A DNA stretch of 64,000 nucleotides from a virus, in the IMG/VR virus record IMGVR_UViG_3300047445_000314, positions 35,207 to 99,206 of that record, one strand, 5' to 3'. Shown here one piece after another: positions 35,209-45,471 of the stretch. A program made the translations under genes and the position numbers. Every line of letters begins with the position of its first letter. Position 1 is the first letter of the stretch. The notes beneath the pieces are model-generated. The model did not search any database. It was not told the origin of the DNA and saw only the letters and a program-made list of their open reading frames with translations.

Positions 35209-36426
35209 ATGGCTATCTCCATTCAGACCCTCGAAAACGGCGATATGAACTATATTGCCAAGCACAACGCCAACTATACCAACATCAAATTTGCACTGGA
35301 GGCGCTGGCGCGGCAATCCACCAGTACCACCTTGCAAGCTAATCTTACCGCCCCGCTGGGCTTCGAGGCGGCGTTCGGTAACACATTGACGGTGATCGGT
35401 GCGCATAGCTATGAGCATATCCTGGGATCGGGGCCTGGCTCGCTGGTAACGTTCACCGTCGCGGCAGGCTACGCATGGATTCAGTCGCTGCGCGCGGTGG
35501 TCTCCCAAGTCACCAGCACCGATATCGACTTTTCCGGGCTGACGCCAGGCACCTACTATATCCATCTGGATAGCGCTGGCGTGCCGTACCGGGATACCAT
35601 CCCCACGGAAGCCTTGTACAGCGTCGAGATGAGCGGGGACTATGGCGGATTCCCTATTATAGGGACCGTCACCTTACTCGCCTCCGTCGCCTGGGCGGCA
35701 CCGGACTGGATCGCCGCGCGCAACAGCACCCAGCTTGGCGTTACCTACCTTACCCTGGATGAGCGCCTGGAAGCGGGTGAGGCGCTGGCGAAGCAGGGCA
35801 GCGACGCGATGACTGCGTTAGGTGGTAAACTGACCAAGAGCGTCGCGGGAGGCTCCAATATTACGCTTACGACCAGTGAGGCGAAGGCAGCGTATATGGA
35901 ATTTACCGGCGCATTGACAGGGAATATACAAGTTATTTTCCCTGTCAGCAGCGCGTACCCGCGTATCCTGAACGTCAAAAATAGTACGACAGGGGCCTAC
36001 ACCCTGGAATGTATCGGCACCTCCGGCACAGGTAAGAAAGTAGCGCAAGGGTACAGCACCTTCCTACACCGTGAAGCAAGCCTGATTGAGCGCGCCAACA
36101 CGGACGCCTATACCGTGGCGGCGATAGTCCCGTACGCCTCGACCATTACCTTGGACTGGTCGATGTATGACACGGCGCATATCACCCTGACCGGTAACGC
36201 CACCATCACGCACACCAACGCGCGCCCCGGCCAGAAAGTCCTGTTGTACTTGGCCCAGGATGGTACCGGAGGTCACACCGTCACCTGGACTTCGGAAGTA
36301 CAATATGGCAATGACGTCAGCGGTATTGCCCTGAGCAGCGCGGCGAGTAAGACCGACGAAGTCGGTTTCAGCTACAACTGGGTCGCCAGCAAATACAATG
36401 TGGTCTCTGTGGCGCGCGGGTACTGA
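35209..36426 (+). CDS. tail fibre / minor tail protein
   Basis: FTGALTGNIQVIFP...VKNSTTGAYTL and LTGNATIT...QDGTGGHTVTW motifs. Confidence 0.7.
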   Translation: MAISIQTLENGDMNYIAKHNANYTNIKFALEALARQSTSTTLQANLTAPLGFEAAFGNTLTVIGAHSYEHILGSGPGSLVTFTVAAGYAWIQSLRAVVSQVTSTDIDFSGLTPGTYYIHLDSAGVPYRDTIPTEALYSVEMSGDYGGFPIIGTVTLLASVAWAAPDWIAARNSTQLGVTYLTLDERLEAGEALAKQGSDAMTALGGKLTKSVAGGSNITLTTSEAKAAYMEFTGALTGNIQVIFPVSSAYPRILNVKNSTTGAYTLECIGTSGTGKKVAQGYSTFLHREASLIERANTDAYTVAAIVPYASTITLDWSMYDTAHITLTGNATITHTNARPGQKVLLYLAQDGTGGHTVTWTSEVQYGNDVSGIALSSAASKTDEVGFSYNWVASKYNVVSVARGY

Positions 36427-36445
36427 TACAGGGACCGGCGCGGGT

Positions 36446-36461
36446 TTGCAATCAATTTCAA
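36446..36461. repeat. motif copy 14 (TTGCAATCAATTTCAA), intergenic
   Basis: Exact consensus. Confidence 0.9.
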
Positions 36462-36473
36462 ACGGGACACACG

Positions 36474-39023
36474 ATGATCTACTATAGTGATTTCGAGGGT
36501 GGCAGCAATAAGAACGGCGGGACGTCCTTCGCCGTATTGGCCACAGGCAGCGATGGGGTCACCAGCGCCACCTTCGGCAGTGTCAACTTCAACTCAGCCT
36601 CCGCGACCTTCAACAGCGGCATGGTCGGGCACAAGCTGGCGATCTGGGACGCCACGTACCAGCAGGCGGTGTATTGCGACATCACCGCCTATGTCAACTC
36701 GCATAATCTGACGGTATTCGTGGATGATAACGCCTTCGGCAGCCTGAGCGGTACCACCGGTTTTTCGTTCAATGTTGGAGGTCGTTGGAAGATCGGTGAC
36801 CGTAACCGCACCAACCCGGCCGACATCAACGGCAACCTGGATGGCGACCCCACCTTGATCCCGTATGTACCTGGCGATGAAGTGCGCGAAATGGCCAGTC
36901 CCTACCCGCATTCACTCGGGGCGGCGCAGTGGACCAACGATAGCGCGGTAGTCACCATATCCGCGCAGGTTGCCAAGAAAGTAGATGATTGCACCGCCGC
37001 CTGGACCGCCGCCAACGGCGCGTCCGCCTCGACCAGCTCATTCAACCGTATCGTCGGTGCCTCCACCTCGTCCAACCTGACCTTCCCGTCCAGCCGCACC
37101 GCCAGCACCAAGTATTTCTACAAGGCGCTATCCAGCACACTAGACCTGTCGGCATGGTCGCGTATTTGCATGTGGATGCGCACCACCAACGGCTCGGCCA
37201 ATAGCACCGGGGATATGCAGCTCTGCCTGTGCTCCGACACCAGCGGCAACACGGTGGTGGCGTCGGCGACCATCCCGAAAGTACCAATTGGTAGCCTGTG
37301 GTATCCACAGATCGTGGACTTCGGCGGCGCACTGCCTAGCAGCGTGGCATCGATCGCCATCTACAGCGGCACCACCCTGCCTAACTCCGGCCAGGCGTTT
37401 GCACTGAATAACATGATCGCCGTCAAGGCAGCGGGCGACGCCCAAGAGTTCACCTTGTCGAATCTGCTGGGTAAAGTACACAATACCTACTGGCAGCCGT
37501 CGCACGCCTACAGCGCGAGTGCCATTCGCAAACCGACCGTGACCCACCGCAACGGTTTCCGCTACCAGATCAGCAGCGCAGGCACCTCGTCGGCAACGGA
37601 GCCAACCTGGCCGACCGTCCTGGGTGGCGTGGTCACGGACGGCACCGCCGAATGGACCTGCGAGGGGCCGGAAGATACCTGGTACCCGATCCTGTACGTG
37701 GACGCCTCCGGGTCCAGCACCATAGCGCGGCTGGACTACGGCACCAACGAAAGTAACCCGACCACCGGCACCGGGCTGGATTATGTGTACACCGAAACGG
37801 AAAGTATCGACACCTACGTGCGCGAGCCAGTGCAGCTTCGTACCGTCAACATCAGCTATGGCTGGTTCGCCGCGCCGGTATTCGGGTCGGACCGCAGCCA
37901 CTGCGTCATATCGGGAGGCTGGAACCGCACTGACATGACCACCCGCGATGGCGAGTCATGGTTCGACGGTAATCTCGCCATCACCAACACGGTGCGCGTA
38001 GGTGGCTACCACATCGACGTGGACAACATCAACGCGGTGCGCGGTGCTGGTTCCGCCATCTTCTACAAAGGCGGGGCGATGACCAACTGCCATGGCGTCG
38101 GCAGCGCTAACGGTTTTGACGTGCAGGACTCCTCCGGTAGCATCACCGGGGCTGTCGCCAACCGCAATTTTAACCAAGGCGTACGCGCCGTGCCGAATGC
38201 TTCGACGCAGACCGTGACGACGAATGTCAACCTGAACCGCGTGCGCGCGGACGGCAACCGTGGCGCGGGCATCCACTTGACCGGGGCCAGCAACAGCACG
38301 CTCTGGGCGCGACGCAACGGCGTCTACTATGGTTCAGGGGATGCACTGTGCGGAGTCGTCATCGAGAGCAGGGTGTCGTATGATATCGTGATCCGCGACC
38401 TGCACACCGCCGACAACGGTAGCGGCGGGTTCGGCCCTGGTATTAGCTACAGCACCAGCGGAGCACCCGCACCAAAGGTGACGCTGATTAACCCGGTCAT
38501 GACGGAGTCGGCACCGCTGCCGGGTGTCACCGGAGGATATCTCGGTACGCGGCTGGCGGTGGTCAACCTGAATGGCGCGGGCGGTAGTACCGTCTACGGC
38601 AGCAGTACCACCCTGGAGCAGGACACCAGCAACCGCCATACCGGCTCAGGTGTTGCCTGGAAGGTCACCATGGCGTCCGGGTACGGCGATTATTCAAAAG
38701 AATTCCCCTTCTCCAGCCGATTCAATGTCGCCGTCTCCAGTGGCTCGGTGACGGTCGGGGTCTGGATCAAGCGTGGCCACAGCTCGGCGGGGGTGGCCTT
38801 GCGGGCGCTGGGCGGCTTTGTTGCAGGCGTCGCGGCCGATGTTGTCACGGTGGCCGCAGGCACAGTCAACACCTATGAGCAGCTTACCGTCACCGTGACG
38901 CCTACCCAATCCGGGGTAGTGCCTATCGAGTTGCAGTTCTATAGCAACCTGACCGACGCGGAGGTTGCGGCGCACAGCCACCCATCGCTGGTGACCTATT
39001 TTGATGACATGACGGTGAGCTGA
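36474..39023 (+). CDS. tail spike / receptor-binding protein
   Basis: 849 aa, Ser/Thr/Gly-rich; CBM-like WQPSHAY...GTSSATEPTWP...DGTAEW; beta-helix-like middle. Confidence 0.65.
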   Translation: MIYYSDFEGGSNKNGGTSFAVLATGSDGVTSATFGSVNFNSASATFNSGMVGHKLAIWDATYQQAVYCDITAYVNSHNLTVFVDDNAFGSLSGTTGFSFNVGGRWKIGDRNRTNPADINGNLDGDPTLIPYVPGDEVREMASPYPHSLGAAQWTNDSAVVTISAQVAKKVDDCTAAWTAANGASASTSSFNRIVGASTSSNLTFPSSRTASTKYFYKALSSTLDLSAWSRICMWMRTTNGSANSTGDMQLCLCSDTSGNTVVASATIPKVPIGSLWYPQIVDFGGALPSSVASIAIYSGTTLPNSGQAFALNNMIAVKAAGDAQEFTLSNLLGKVHNTYWQPSHAYSASAIRKPTVTHRNGFRYQISSAGTSSATEPTWPTVLGGVVTDGTAEWTCEGPEDTWYPILYVDASGSSTIARLDYGTNESNPTTGTGLDYVYTETESIDTYVREPVQLRTVNISYGWFAAPVFGSDRSHCVISGGWNRTDMTTRDGESWFDGNLAITNTVRVGGYHIDVDNINAVRGAGSAIFYKGGAMTNCHGVGSANGFDVQDSSGSITGAVANRNFNQGVRAVPNASTQTVTTNVNLNRVRADGNRGAGIHLTGASNSTLWARRNGVYYGSGDALCGVVIESRVSYDIVIRDLHTADNGSGGFGPGISYSTSGAPAPKVTLINPVMTESAPLPGVTGGYLGTRLAVVNLNGAGGSTVYGSSTTLEQDTSNRHTGSGVAWKVTMASGYGDYSKEFPFSSRFNVAVSSGSVTVGVWIKRGHSSAGVALRALGGFVAGVAADVVTVAAGTVNTYEQLTVTVTPTQSGVVPIELQFYSNLTDAEVAAHSHPSLVTYFDDMTVS

Positions 39024-39024
39024 C

Positions 39025-39339
39025 ATGACCAAAACCACCACCGATCTAGGTACACTCGACTTTGCCATGGCGGGCGAGCCATTTCTGGATGGCTCGGCGA
39101 CCGGCACTACACCGGATACGCTGGACTACGCAAAAGGAGGCGAGCCATTCTACGGTGCCCCTCCCGCTGGCAGCGGGTTGCCGGATACTGCCCTGGTTGC
39201 CGAGTTATCCATGACCATGACCACTTCAGCCAGCCTGACCACGGCGATCGCATTGTCCGCCTCTTTTACCGTGGACCTGACACTGGGCGTCCTCTTCATC
39301 AACCTTGGCAGCAGCGCCAAGATGGAAATCATTTTCTAA
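39025..39339 (+). CDS. small tail-fibre-associated protein
   Basis: Repeat TLDFAMAGEPF / TLDYAKGGEPF. Confidence 0.55.
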   Translation: MTKTTTDLGTLDFAMAGEPFLDGSATGTTPDTLDYAKGGEPFYGAPPAGSGLPDTALVAELSMTMTTSASLTTAIALSASFTVDLTLGVLFINLGSSAKMEIIF

Positions 39340-39348
39340 GGAGTAACT

Positions 39349-39738
39349 ATGTCCAACATGACCACCTACAGCAAGGGCGAGCTGATCAAGCACCTGTTCC
39401 GCAGCGGCTCGATGACCAAACCCTCCGCGCTGTATGTCGCACTGTTCGTCGGCGGTACCGAGGTCTCTGGTGGCGGCTACGCACGCGTCGCCCACGGTCC
39501 TAGCGACAGCACCTGGGCCGACCAGACTTCCGGCGATGGGCGTACCGCCAATATCGGTGCAATCACCTTTCCTTCCCCCACGGCATCATGGGGGGTTGTC
39601 ACCGCCTGCAAGATCATGGATGCCTCGACTGGCGGCAACGCGCTGGCCAGCGGTAACCTGGCGGCAGCCAAGACGGTCAACAATGGTGACCCCGCTCCTA
39701 CCTTCGCGGATGGCGTCCTGGTCGTCGTATTCTCTTAA
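39349..39738 (+). CDS. small phage tail fibre/adaptor protein
   Basis: LYVALF...EVSGGGYARV...ITFP..TASWG...DASTGGN family pattern. Confidence 0.7.
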   Translation: MSNMTTYSKGELIKHLFRSGSMTKPSALYVALFVGGTEVSGGGYARVAHGPSDSTWADQTSGDGRTANIGAITFPSPTASWGVVTACKIMDASTGGNALASGNLAAAKTVNNGDPAPTFADGVLVVVFS

Positions 39739-39753
39739 TTATAAGGAAACATC

Positions 39754-40215
39754 ATGTGGACCTTTCTTGACGTACTCCGGGTGGACGAGGTGGCAGGCGG
39801 ATGGCGCGCGCTGTTGCGCATGGACAATAACGGCATCGTGGATACCGTGTTGATCCCTTCACCTACCGAAGTGCTGCGCATCCCTCCTACCGACATCGAG
39901 TTGCGTATCCTGGGGGAGCATGCGGCGATCATGCGCAACGCCGAAGCGGCGCGGCCAACCGGCTGCCATATGACGTTATCCCAGTTCCGCAGCCGGTTCA
40001 CGCTGGAGGAGCGCATCGTACTGGACAATATCGAACAGCACCCCAGCCTGAGCGACGCGCAGAAGGCGCGCGTCAGGGCGCACATGACGGATATCCTGAC
40101 GGCGGATGTACCGATCAATCCCGGTAGCAACGTAATTGCCGACGCGGTGTTCTATTTCGAGTTTGTCGCCCTGCTCACCCATGAACGGGCACTGGTTATC
40201 CTGGGTCTGTCCTGA
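39754..40215 (+). CDS. tail fibre assembly-like protein
   Basis: TLSQFRSRFTLEER...LLTHERALVIL. Confidence 0.5.
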   Translation: MWTFLDVLRVDEVAGGWRALLRMDNNGIVDTVLIPSPTEVLRIPPTDIELRILGEHAAIMRNAEAARPTGCHMTLSQFRSRFTLEERIVLDNIEQHPSLSDAQKARVRAHMTDILTADVPINPGSNVIADAVFYFEFVALLTHERALVILGLS

Positions 40216-40280
40216 TATTTTCTAGGAAGCAAGGAATTGTGGCTTGCCGTCAGCGCGTGTTATATACTGGCGGCATTATT

Positions 40281-40296
40281 TTGAAATTGATTGCAA
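40281..40296. repeat. motif copy 15 (TTGAAATTGATTGCAA), intergenic
   Basis: Exact consensus, just downstream of TATACT at 40263. Confidence 0.9.
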
Positions 40297-40321
40297 TTTC
40301 GCTATACATAGAGAGGATGTT

Positions 40322-40627
40322 ATGCCTACCCCATTGACCACCCCGCTCGTCACTCCGCCCTCGGAGAAGCACACGCTTGCTGCCAACGTGGCCAAACTGA
40401 TCGGCGGCGGTAACGAGCCGATCACGGTGCATATCCCAACTGGCACCTCGGCTACTGTCTATACGACCTGCTGCCTGAGTTCGGAAATCAACGCGGATAC
40501 CGCCGACTGGGTCGAGTGGCCGAACGGCGTCAAGGCCGGACCGTTCATGGATGCCTTGTTACACCGTGTCACCGCCATCAAGGTGCTCTCGGTGGCGGGT
40601 GGTGTCATTTACTTCAAGAGGAACTGA
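40322..40627 (+). CDS. hypothetical virion protein
   Basis: RBS GAGGA. Confidence 0.6.
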   Translation: MPTPLTTPLVTPPSEKHTLAANVAKLIGGGNEPITVHIPTGTSATVYTTCCLSSEINADTADWVEWPNGVKAGPFMDALLHRVTAIKVLSVAGGVIYFKRN

Positions 40628-40629
40628 TC

Positions 40630-41136
40630 ATGGGTATCTGGGGTTCTGAAGATACGGGCGGCGCTGGTGCTGAAACCTTCACGGAGTTGACCGATGCACC
40701 AGGTATGATCTCACCGAACGCGGTGATTTGTGGGGACGATACGGGAGAAGCCTTGAAGAACTCATACCTAACCTACGAAGAAAACAACGACGAGCGTATC
40801 CTGCATCTGCACGCCCATGCAACAGGTGGTGGTGAGATGGGCATGGTGTCCGACTCGGATGTTGCGAAGTCGATGTCTTACGTAGACGACACGATAGCGC
40901 AGTTATGGGTACAACACGGTATCGCTGCAAATCTCTCACTTAGCGCCCGTCCCGATGGCTCCGTAGAAATGGCATTGCAAGCCGGGCAATTCAAGATGTT
41001 CGGACTCGATGTGGAAGCCACCGACGCGACCGCCACCATGACTGTCGACGGGGTCGAATACAGTATCGCCAAAGCTATCAAAGTAAAGATCGGTACCGAT
41101 ACCTTCTTCTGGCCGCTGTTCGGGCCAGTAGCTTAG
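40630..41136 (+). CDS. hypothetical virion protein
   Basis: RBS GAGGA; TFTELTDAP fibre-like motif. Confidence 0.6.
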   Translation: MGIWGSEDTGGAGAETFTELTDAPGMISPNAVICGDDTGEALKNSYLTYEENNDERILHLHAHATGGGEMGMVSDSDVAKSMSYVDDTIAQLWVQHGIAANLSLSARPDGSVEMALQAGQFKMFGLDVEATDATATMTVDGVEYSIAKAIKVKIGTDTFFWPLFGPVA

Positions 41137-41164
41137 CTAATTTTATTTCATTTAAGGAACTATC

Positions 41165-41740
41165 ATGGAAAAAGCAAACGCAGCAGCATCCGCAGCAGCA
41201 ATGGTACAACGCGGTGCCGGTATGGCCGAACAATGTGATGCCCACGGTTTTTATACCGTCGAGTGCTACGGTGCGGATGGCAAGCTGAAATGGACCGATG
41301 CCATCGACAACCTGGTCACCACGCAAGGCAAGAATGATGCCTTGGATAAATATCTGGCAGGCTCCTCCTACACCGCGACCTGGTACATGGGCCTGATCTC
41401 GTCCACCTCGTATTCGGCGGTGGCGGCCGGTGATGTAGCAGCCCAGATCAATGGTACCAATGGCTGGAAAGAAGCGGGCACGGCCAACGCGCCAACGTAT
41501 TCGCAATCGACGCGCCCGGCCCCGGCCTTCTCGTCGGCTTCTGCTGGCTCGAAATCGACCTCCTCGGCGGTGGCCTTCTCGATCACTGGCACTGGCACCG
41601 TTAAAGGTTGCTTCCTGGACAGTTCTTCGACCAAGGACGGCACGGCGGGCGTACTGTACTCGGCGGGTCTGTTCTCTGGCGGCGACAAAGCTGTCGGCAA
41701 TGGCGATACCTTGTCGGTGACCTATACCGCCTCGCTGTAA
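41165..41740 (+). CDS. virion structural protein
   Basis: NLVTTQGKN...[23 protein letters not shown]; strong RBS. Confidence 0.7.
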   Translation: MEKANAAASAAAMVQRGAGMAEQCDAHGFYTVECYGADGKLKWTDAIDNLVTTQGKNDALDKYLAGSSYTATWYMGLISSTSYSAVAAGDVAAQINGTNGWKEAGTANAPTYSQSTRPAPAFSSASAGSKSTSSAVAFSITGTGTVKGCFLDSSSTKDGTAGVLYSAGLFSGGDKAVGNGDTLSVTYTASL

Positions 41741-41744
41741 GTTT

Positions 41745-41760
41745 TTGCAGTCAAGTGCAA
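41745..41760. repeat. motif copy 16 (TTGCAGTCAAGTGCAA), intergenic
   Basis: Two mismatches; abuts a hairpin at 41760-41794. Confidence 0.75.
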
Positions 41761-41823
41761 AGCCGCGCATGGCTATCCGGTCATAGCGCGGCTTCGTCTT
41801 ATGCCCTGTGCTGAAAGCGACAA

Positions 41824-42423
41824 ATGACCTCGATCTCTACTCCAAGCAAGACACAAGGGACATCCCTGTTATCCCTCCAATCAATCGCAGCGAACAACAC
41901 CGTTGTCGGTACTGAAGTCGATGTGACCGGGAAATTCGCTGGCGTGATCTTCATCCACTTCGGCCGGACTACTACCACCGCACCCGGCTCCGGCGTTTCG
42001 TTCCGTATAGAAGTGGCGGACAAAGCGTCGGGCGGAAATCACTGGTATCCGTTGACCAACGTCATCACGAACATTGCAGCGTGTAATGGGCCTACCAATA
42101 CCAGCACCAGCGGGGCGGCGCAAACAGTCTCCTCGAACACTGGATTCGTAGCGCAGGATATCTGTTGTATTGCGCCGACGACGGTAGCCAATACGGAATG
42201 GGCGCGGCTCGTGTCGATTTCCGGCTCCGTGCTGACGATGGAAGAAACCATCGCCGGTTCGCACACGACTGGCAACACGTACAACAAAGCGGAAATGTAC
42301 GCCATTCCGCTGGACCTGTCGGGCATTGGCCGCCTGCGCGTGGTCGCTGACGGCTCCGCCCACAATCAGGCGTTCCGCTGCGAAGCGTTCCTGAATACGC
42401 TCGACTCCGTGAGCAGCACATGA
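41824..42423 (+). CDS. hypothetical virion protein
   Basis: Beta-rich; ATGA-coupled to the next gene. Confidence 0.6.
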   Translation: MTSISTPSKTQGTSLLSLQSIAANNTVVGTEVDVTGKFAGVIFIHFGRTTTTAPGSGVSFRIEVADKASGGNHWYPLTNVITNIAACNGPTNTSTSGAAQTVSSNTGFVAQDICCIAPTTVANTEWARLVSISGSVLTMEETIAGSHTTGNTYNKAEMYAIPLDLSGIGRLRVVADGSAHNQAFRCEAFLNTLDSVSST

Positions 42424-45035
42424 TCGCTTACCCGACCGCCTTGGCTGCGCGCCAGCGCCCTCCACCGGGCAGTCGCGCATTTCGTCAGACGACAAGTGGG
42501 GGACTGTGGCTGCCTAGCAGCCACGGCGGGGTAACGGATGCCATGGGCAACAGCCCTCCGGCCAAAGTGATCGGCGGCGTCACGTATGTGCAGGGGCCAT
42601 TCGGTGCCCCGGCGCTGAAATTCGATAACGCAACGGGCTACGTCGATTGCGGACTAAACGGCAACACGACGTTCAACTGGGCGACACCTAATGCATTCCT
42701 GTATCGTCCGCGCACCTTTTGGGCATGGGTGCGGCGACCGTCGTCCTCCAGCGTGGGGCCAGTCTTTTCAAAGGGTAACAATTCACCCAACTCCGGCTGG
42801 AGCATGTCGGTTACGACGACAGGGTTGCGCTTTGGCTGGGTGGGTTCGAGCAACGGTGCGCACACTACCTCGAACGTCCTGAGCGTAGGGGATTGGCACC
42901 TTATCGCCATCGCCTGGGACGGCGGCGCGGGGGCTATCTCCGACCTTAGCGGCACACCATTTATCGGCGGCATGTCCATCTATCTGGACGGTGTATGGCA
43001 GGGCGCTCCGAACACAGGCTCTTGGGAGGCCAATGGCTCGCAGAACAGCCTTGACCAATTCAATCTGTGGATAGGGCAGGCCCAATATGTCGGCGGCTCA
43101 GGCGGCGCAATCAGCCAATGGGCCGACCTGGAGATTGACCATTGGGGTCTCGACTATCGTGTCTATAGCCCTGAAGAAATCGCGGACCTGTATCGACGGC
43201 CTTTCAGGTCCTTCGCGCCTAGTCCTATTTTCAGAAAACTAATCCCTACGTCTGTAAACTACACGGACTCAGTTACCGAAGTCTCCACGGCCAGTGACAG
43301 TAGCGGCGCAACGGTGGCATTCGCGGTCAGCGCCACTGAGGCGGCCACGGCCAGCGACAGCGATGCAGGTACGATGGCAGCCACGGTGTCCTCGTCCGAG
43401 ACTGGCACGGCCACAGAGTCCAGCGCCAGTACGCTGGCTGCGGTCGGTAGCGTAACGGAGAGTGCAAGTGCAGCCGACACCGCTGACAACACTGCCGTGC
43501 AACTTGCCAATGCCGCCGAACTAGGCAATGCGCTCGACATCGAGACGGCCAGCTATATCGGCGTCGTCATCGACTCGTCCGAGTCGGTGGACTCCAGTGA
43601 GCTAACGAGCGCTACTGCTGTCTCGCTAGTGGCTATAGCGGAAAGTGCAGCGGCGCTGGATGCTGGCAGCGCTACTATTGCCACCTCGGTAGCCATGGTG
43701 GAAGCCGCCTCGGCAGGCGTGCAATCAATTGCAAACGCCGAGTATCTGATCGCAGAATCCGCCAGTGCCTCAGACAGCATCAATTCCCATAACGCCGCGA
43801 TTAGCAGCGCGAGCGAGTCTGCGAACGCCATGGCGGACGCATCGGCGACGGGCGGGGCGGTAGTCTCTGTGGTAGAAACCAATGCTGCCTCCACGACCAG
43901 TGTTGCAGGTAAGACCACCCGCGCGTTCGTCACGGAAGCCGCGTCGGCTGCCACGACGCAGGGTGCAACCAAAACCACCTCCGCCGCGAATGTGGCTACC
44001 GCCACTGCCAGCGACGATGACAACGCCACGACCAAGCTCAAGCTCGCTAAGAAAAGCATTGACGAGTCGGCGAACGCCACCACCACCCAGGCACTCGGTC
44101 CGTACACCACCACCGCCAACCGTGATGAGGTGGCCAGCTCCGCCGTGGTCTCCAGCGCCAGCTATATCGGCCTGGTACAGGTCACCAACGAGGCGACGGT
44201 AGCTGATAGCGTCGAGGATGTCACTGCGCAGTTCCACGTAGATGGCGAGGGCGAGTCCGCCAGTGCTACCGACGACCTGGATGCCGTTATCGACAGCCAG
44301 TTCTCCGTGGCCGAGCCTACGGTGGCCGGTGATCAGTTCGATGCCATCTCGGATACGAATGTCGGGCAGGAGGACGCAGCCAGTGCAGTCGATACAGCCT
44401 CGCTGATCTGGGTAGGTGCGGCGGAGGCCGTCGAAGCCGCGTTTGCTATCGACAGCGCCAACGGTGTCGTAGTCGTACAGCCTGCCAGCTTCCATATCGA
44501 AAGCGCGCAGGCGTTGGATAGCGTCAGTGCTGAGCGTATCGTCAATACTGAGATCAACGAGCCGACCGACAATCTGACGGAAGCACTGGACACCAGCGAC
44601 CGGACTATTGCAACCTTCGCTGATATCGAGGAAATCGACCCGAACGCGGCGGACCAGTCGGCTACCTTGCTCGGTATCGGCCGTGTGACGGAAGCGGCCA
44701 ATTTGACGGACGCCTGTGACTGCGTCGTGATATTTGCCGCCATGCAGGAAGAGTTCGCGGAGGCTGACGACATCGACATTGCCTTTGGCTTGCTGGTAGC
44801 GCTGGAGACAGAGCATGCCAGCGCGATCGATAGCCTGTTGTCGACGGTAGGCATTAGCAGGCAGATCACCGAACATGCGGTAGCCGTGGATAGCGCGCAG
44901 GGCTATCTCAAGACCGCCGCGCCCGCGATACGGGTGTGGGAGGTTCCAGGACAGGACCGTAATCTGGTACTATCCGGCAGCGACCGGACATGGGAAGTGC
45001 CGGGGCAGGATCGCGCGTGGGACATACCCGATTAA
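42420..45035 (+). CDS. LamG/concanavalin-like domain fibre protein with long repeat stalk
   Basis: ALKFD...FWAWV...WHLIAIAWDG...IYLDG...YSPEEIADLY, then ~19-aa ExxxAxD repeats. Confidence 0.75.
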   Translation: MIAYPTALAARQRPPPGSRAFRQTTSGGLWLPSSHGGVTDAMGNSPPAKVIGGVTYVQGPFGAPALKFDNATGYVDCGLNGNTTFNWATPNAFLYRPRTFWAWVRRPSSSSVGPVFSKGNNSPNSGWSMSVTTTGLRFGWVGSSNGAHTTSNVLSVGDWHLIAIAWDGGAGAISDLSGTPFIGGMSIYLDGVWQGAPNTGSWEANGSQNSLDQFNLWIGQAQYVGGSGGAISQWADLEIDHWGLDYRVYSPEEIADLYRRPFRSFAPSPIFRKLIPTSVNYTDSVTEVSTASDSSGATVAFAVSATEAATASDSDAGTMAATVSSSETGTATESSASTLAAVGSVTESASAADTADNTAVQLANAAELGNALDIETASYIGVVIDSSESVDSSELTSATAVSLVAIAESAAALDAGSATIATSVAMVEAASAGVQSIANAEYLIAESASASDSINSHNAAISSASESANAMADASATGGAVVSVVETNAASTTSVAGKTTRAFVTEAASAATTQGATKTTSAANVATATASDDDNATTKLKLAKKSIDESANATTTQALGPYTTTANRDEVASSAVVSSASYIGLVQVTNEATVADSVEDVTAQFHVDGEGESASATDDLDAVIDSQFSVAEPTVAGDQFDAISDTNVGQEDAASAVDTASLIWVGAAEAVEAAFAIDSANGVVVVQPASFHIESAQALDSVSAERIVNTEINEPTDNLTEALDTSDRTIATFADIEEIDPNAADQSATLLGIGRVTEAANLTDACDCVVIFAAMQEEFAEADDIDIAFGLLVALETEHASAIDSLLSTVGISRQITEHAVAVDSAQGYLKTAAPAIRVWEVPGQDRNLVLSGSDRTWEVPGQDRAWDIPD
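43719..43734. repeat. motif copy 17 (GTGCAATCAATTGCAA), in CDS (VQSIA)
   Basis: One mismatch. Confidence 0.85.
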
Positions 45036-45045
45036 CCAAGGAACC

Positions 45046-45378
45046 ATGATGACTACTACTCCTACTTTTGGATTCACCAAGCGCAACGACGGTTTCTGGT
45101 GGGCCGACCCGATCGACCCCAGCGACGTCGTCGATTTTCCGGTGAGCTTTCGCACGCTGCTGGGGCCGGAAGACACCATCGATACGGCCAATCTCAGCAA
45201 TGCCGTCAACGGCAAGAACATCACGATTGAGAACCGTACCGTCTTCGACACCCACGGCGTCACGGTCTGGGTCAAGCAGGGCGTGCGCCGCACCACCGCC
45301 GAGGTGCGCATCACTGTCAATACGACGGCGGGGCGGACGCTGGAGCGCACCTTCAAGATCGAGGTCAAGGATTTGTAG
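45046..45378 (+). CDS. fibre-tail adaptor-like protein
   Basis: DPSDVVDF...VTVWV...TTAGRTLERTFKIEV. Confidence 0.65.
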   Translation: MMTTTPTFGFTKRNDGFWWADPIDPSDVVDFPVSFRTLLGPEDTIDTANLSNAVNGKNITIENRTVFDTHGVTVWVKQGVRRTTAEVRITVNTTAGRTLERTFKIEVKDL

Positions 45379-45399
45379 GAATATACCGACACGCCTAGT

Positions 45400-45415
45400 T
45401 TGCAATTAATTACAA
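45400..45415. repeat. motif copy 18 (TTGCAATTAATTACAA), intergenic
   Basis: One mismatch; just upstream of the lysis promoter -35. Confidence 0.85.
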
Positions 45416-45419
45416 AAGA

Positions 45420-45448
45420 TTGCATCTAGGCACCCTTATGCTTAAAAT
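45420..45448 (+). promoter_or_regulatory. sigma70-like promoter of lysis cassette
   Basis: TTGCAT-17-TAAAAT. Confidence 0.55.
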
Positions 45449-45471
45449 ACGGGCAACCAAGGGAGAAGGCC

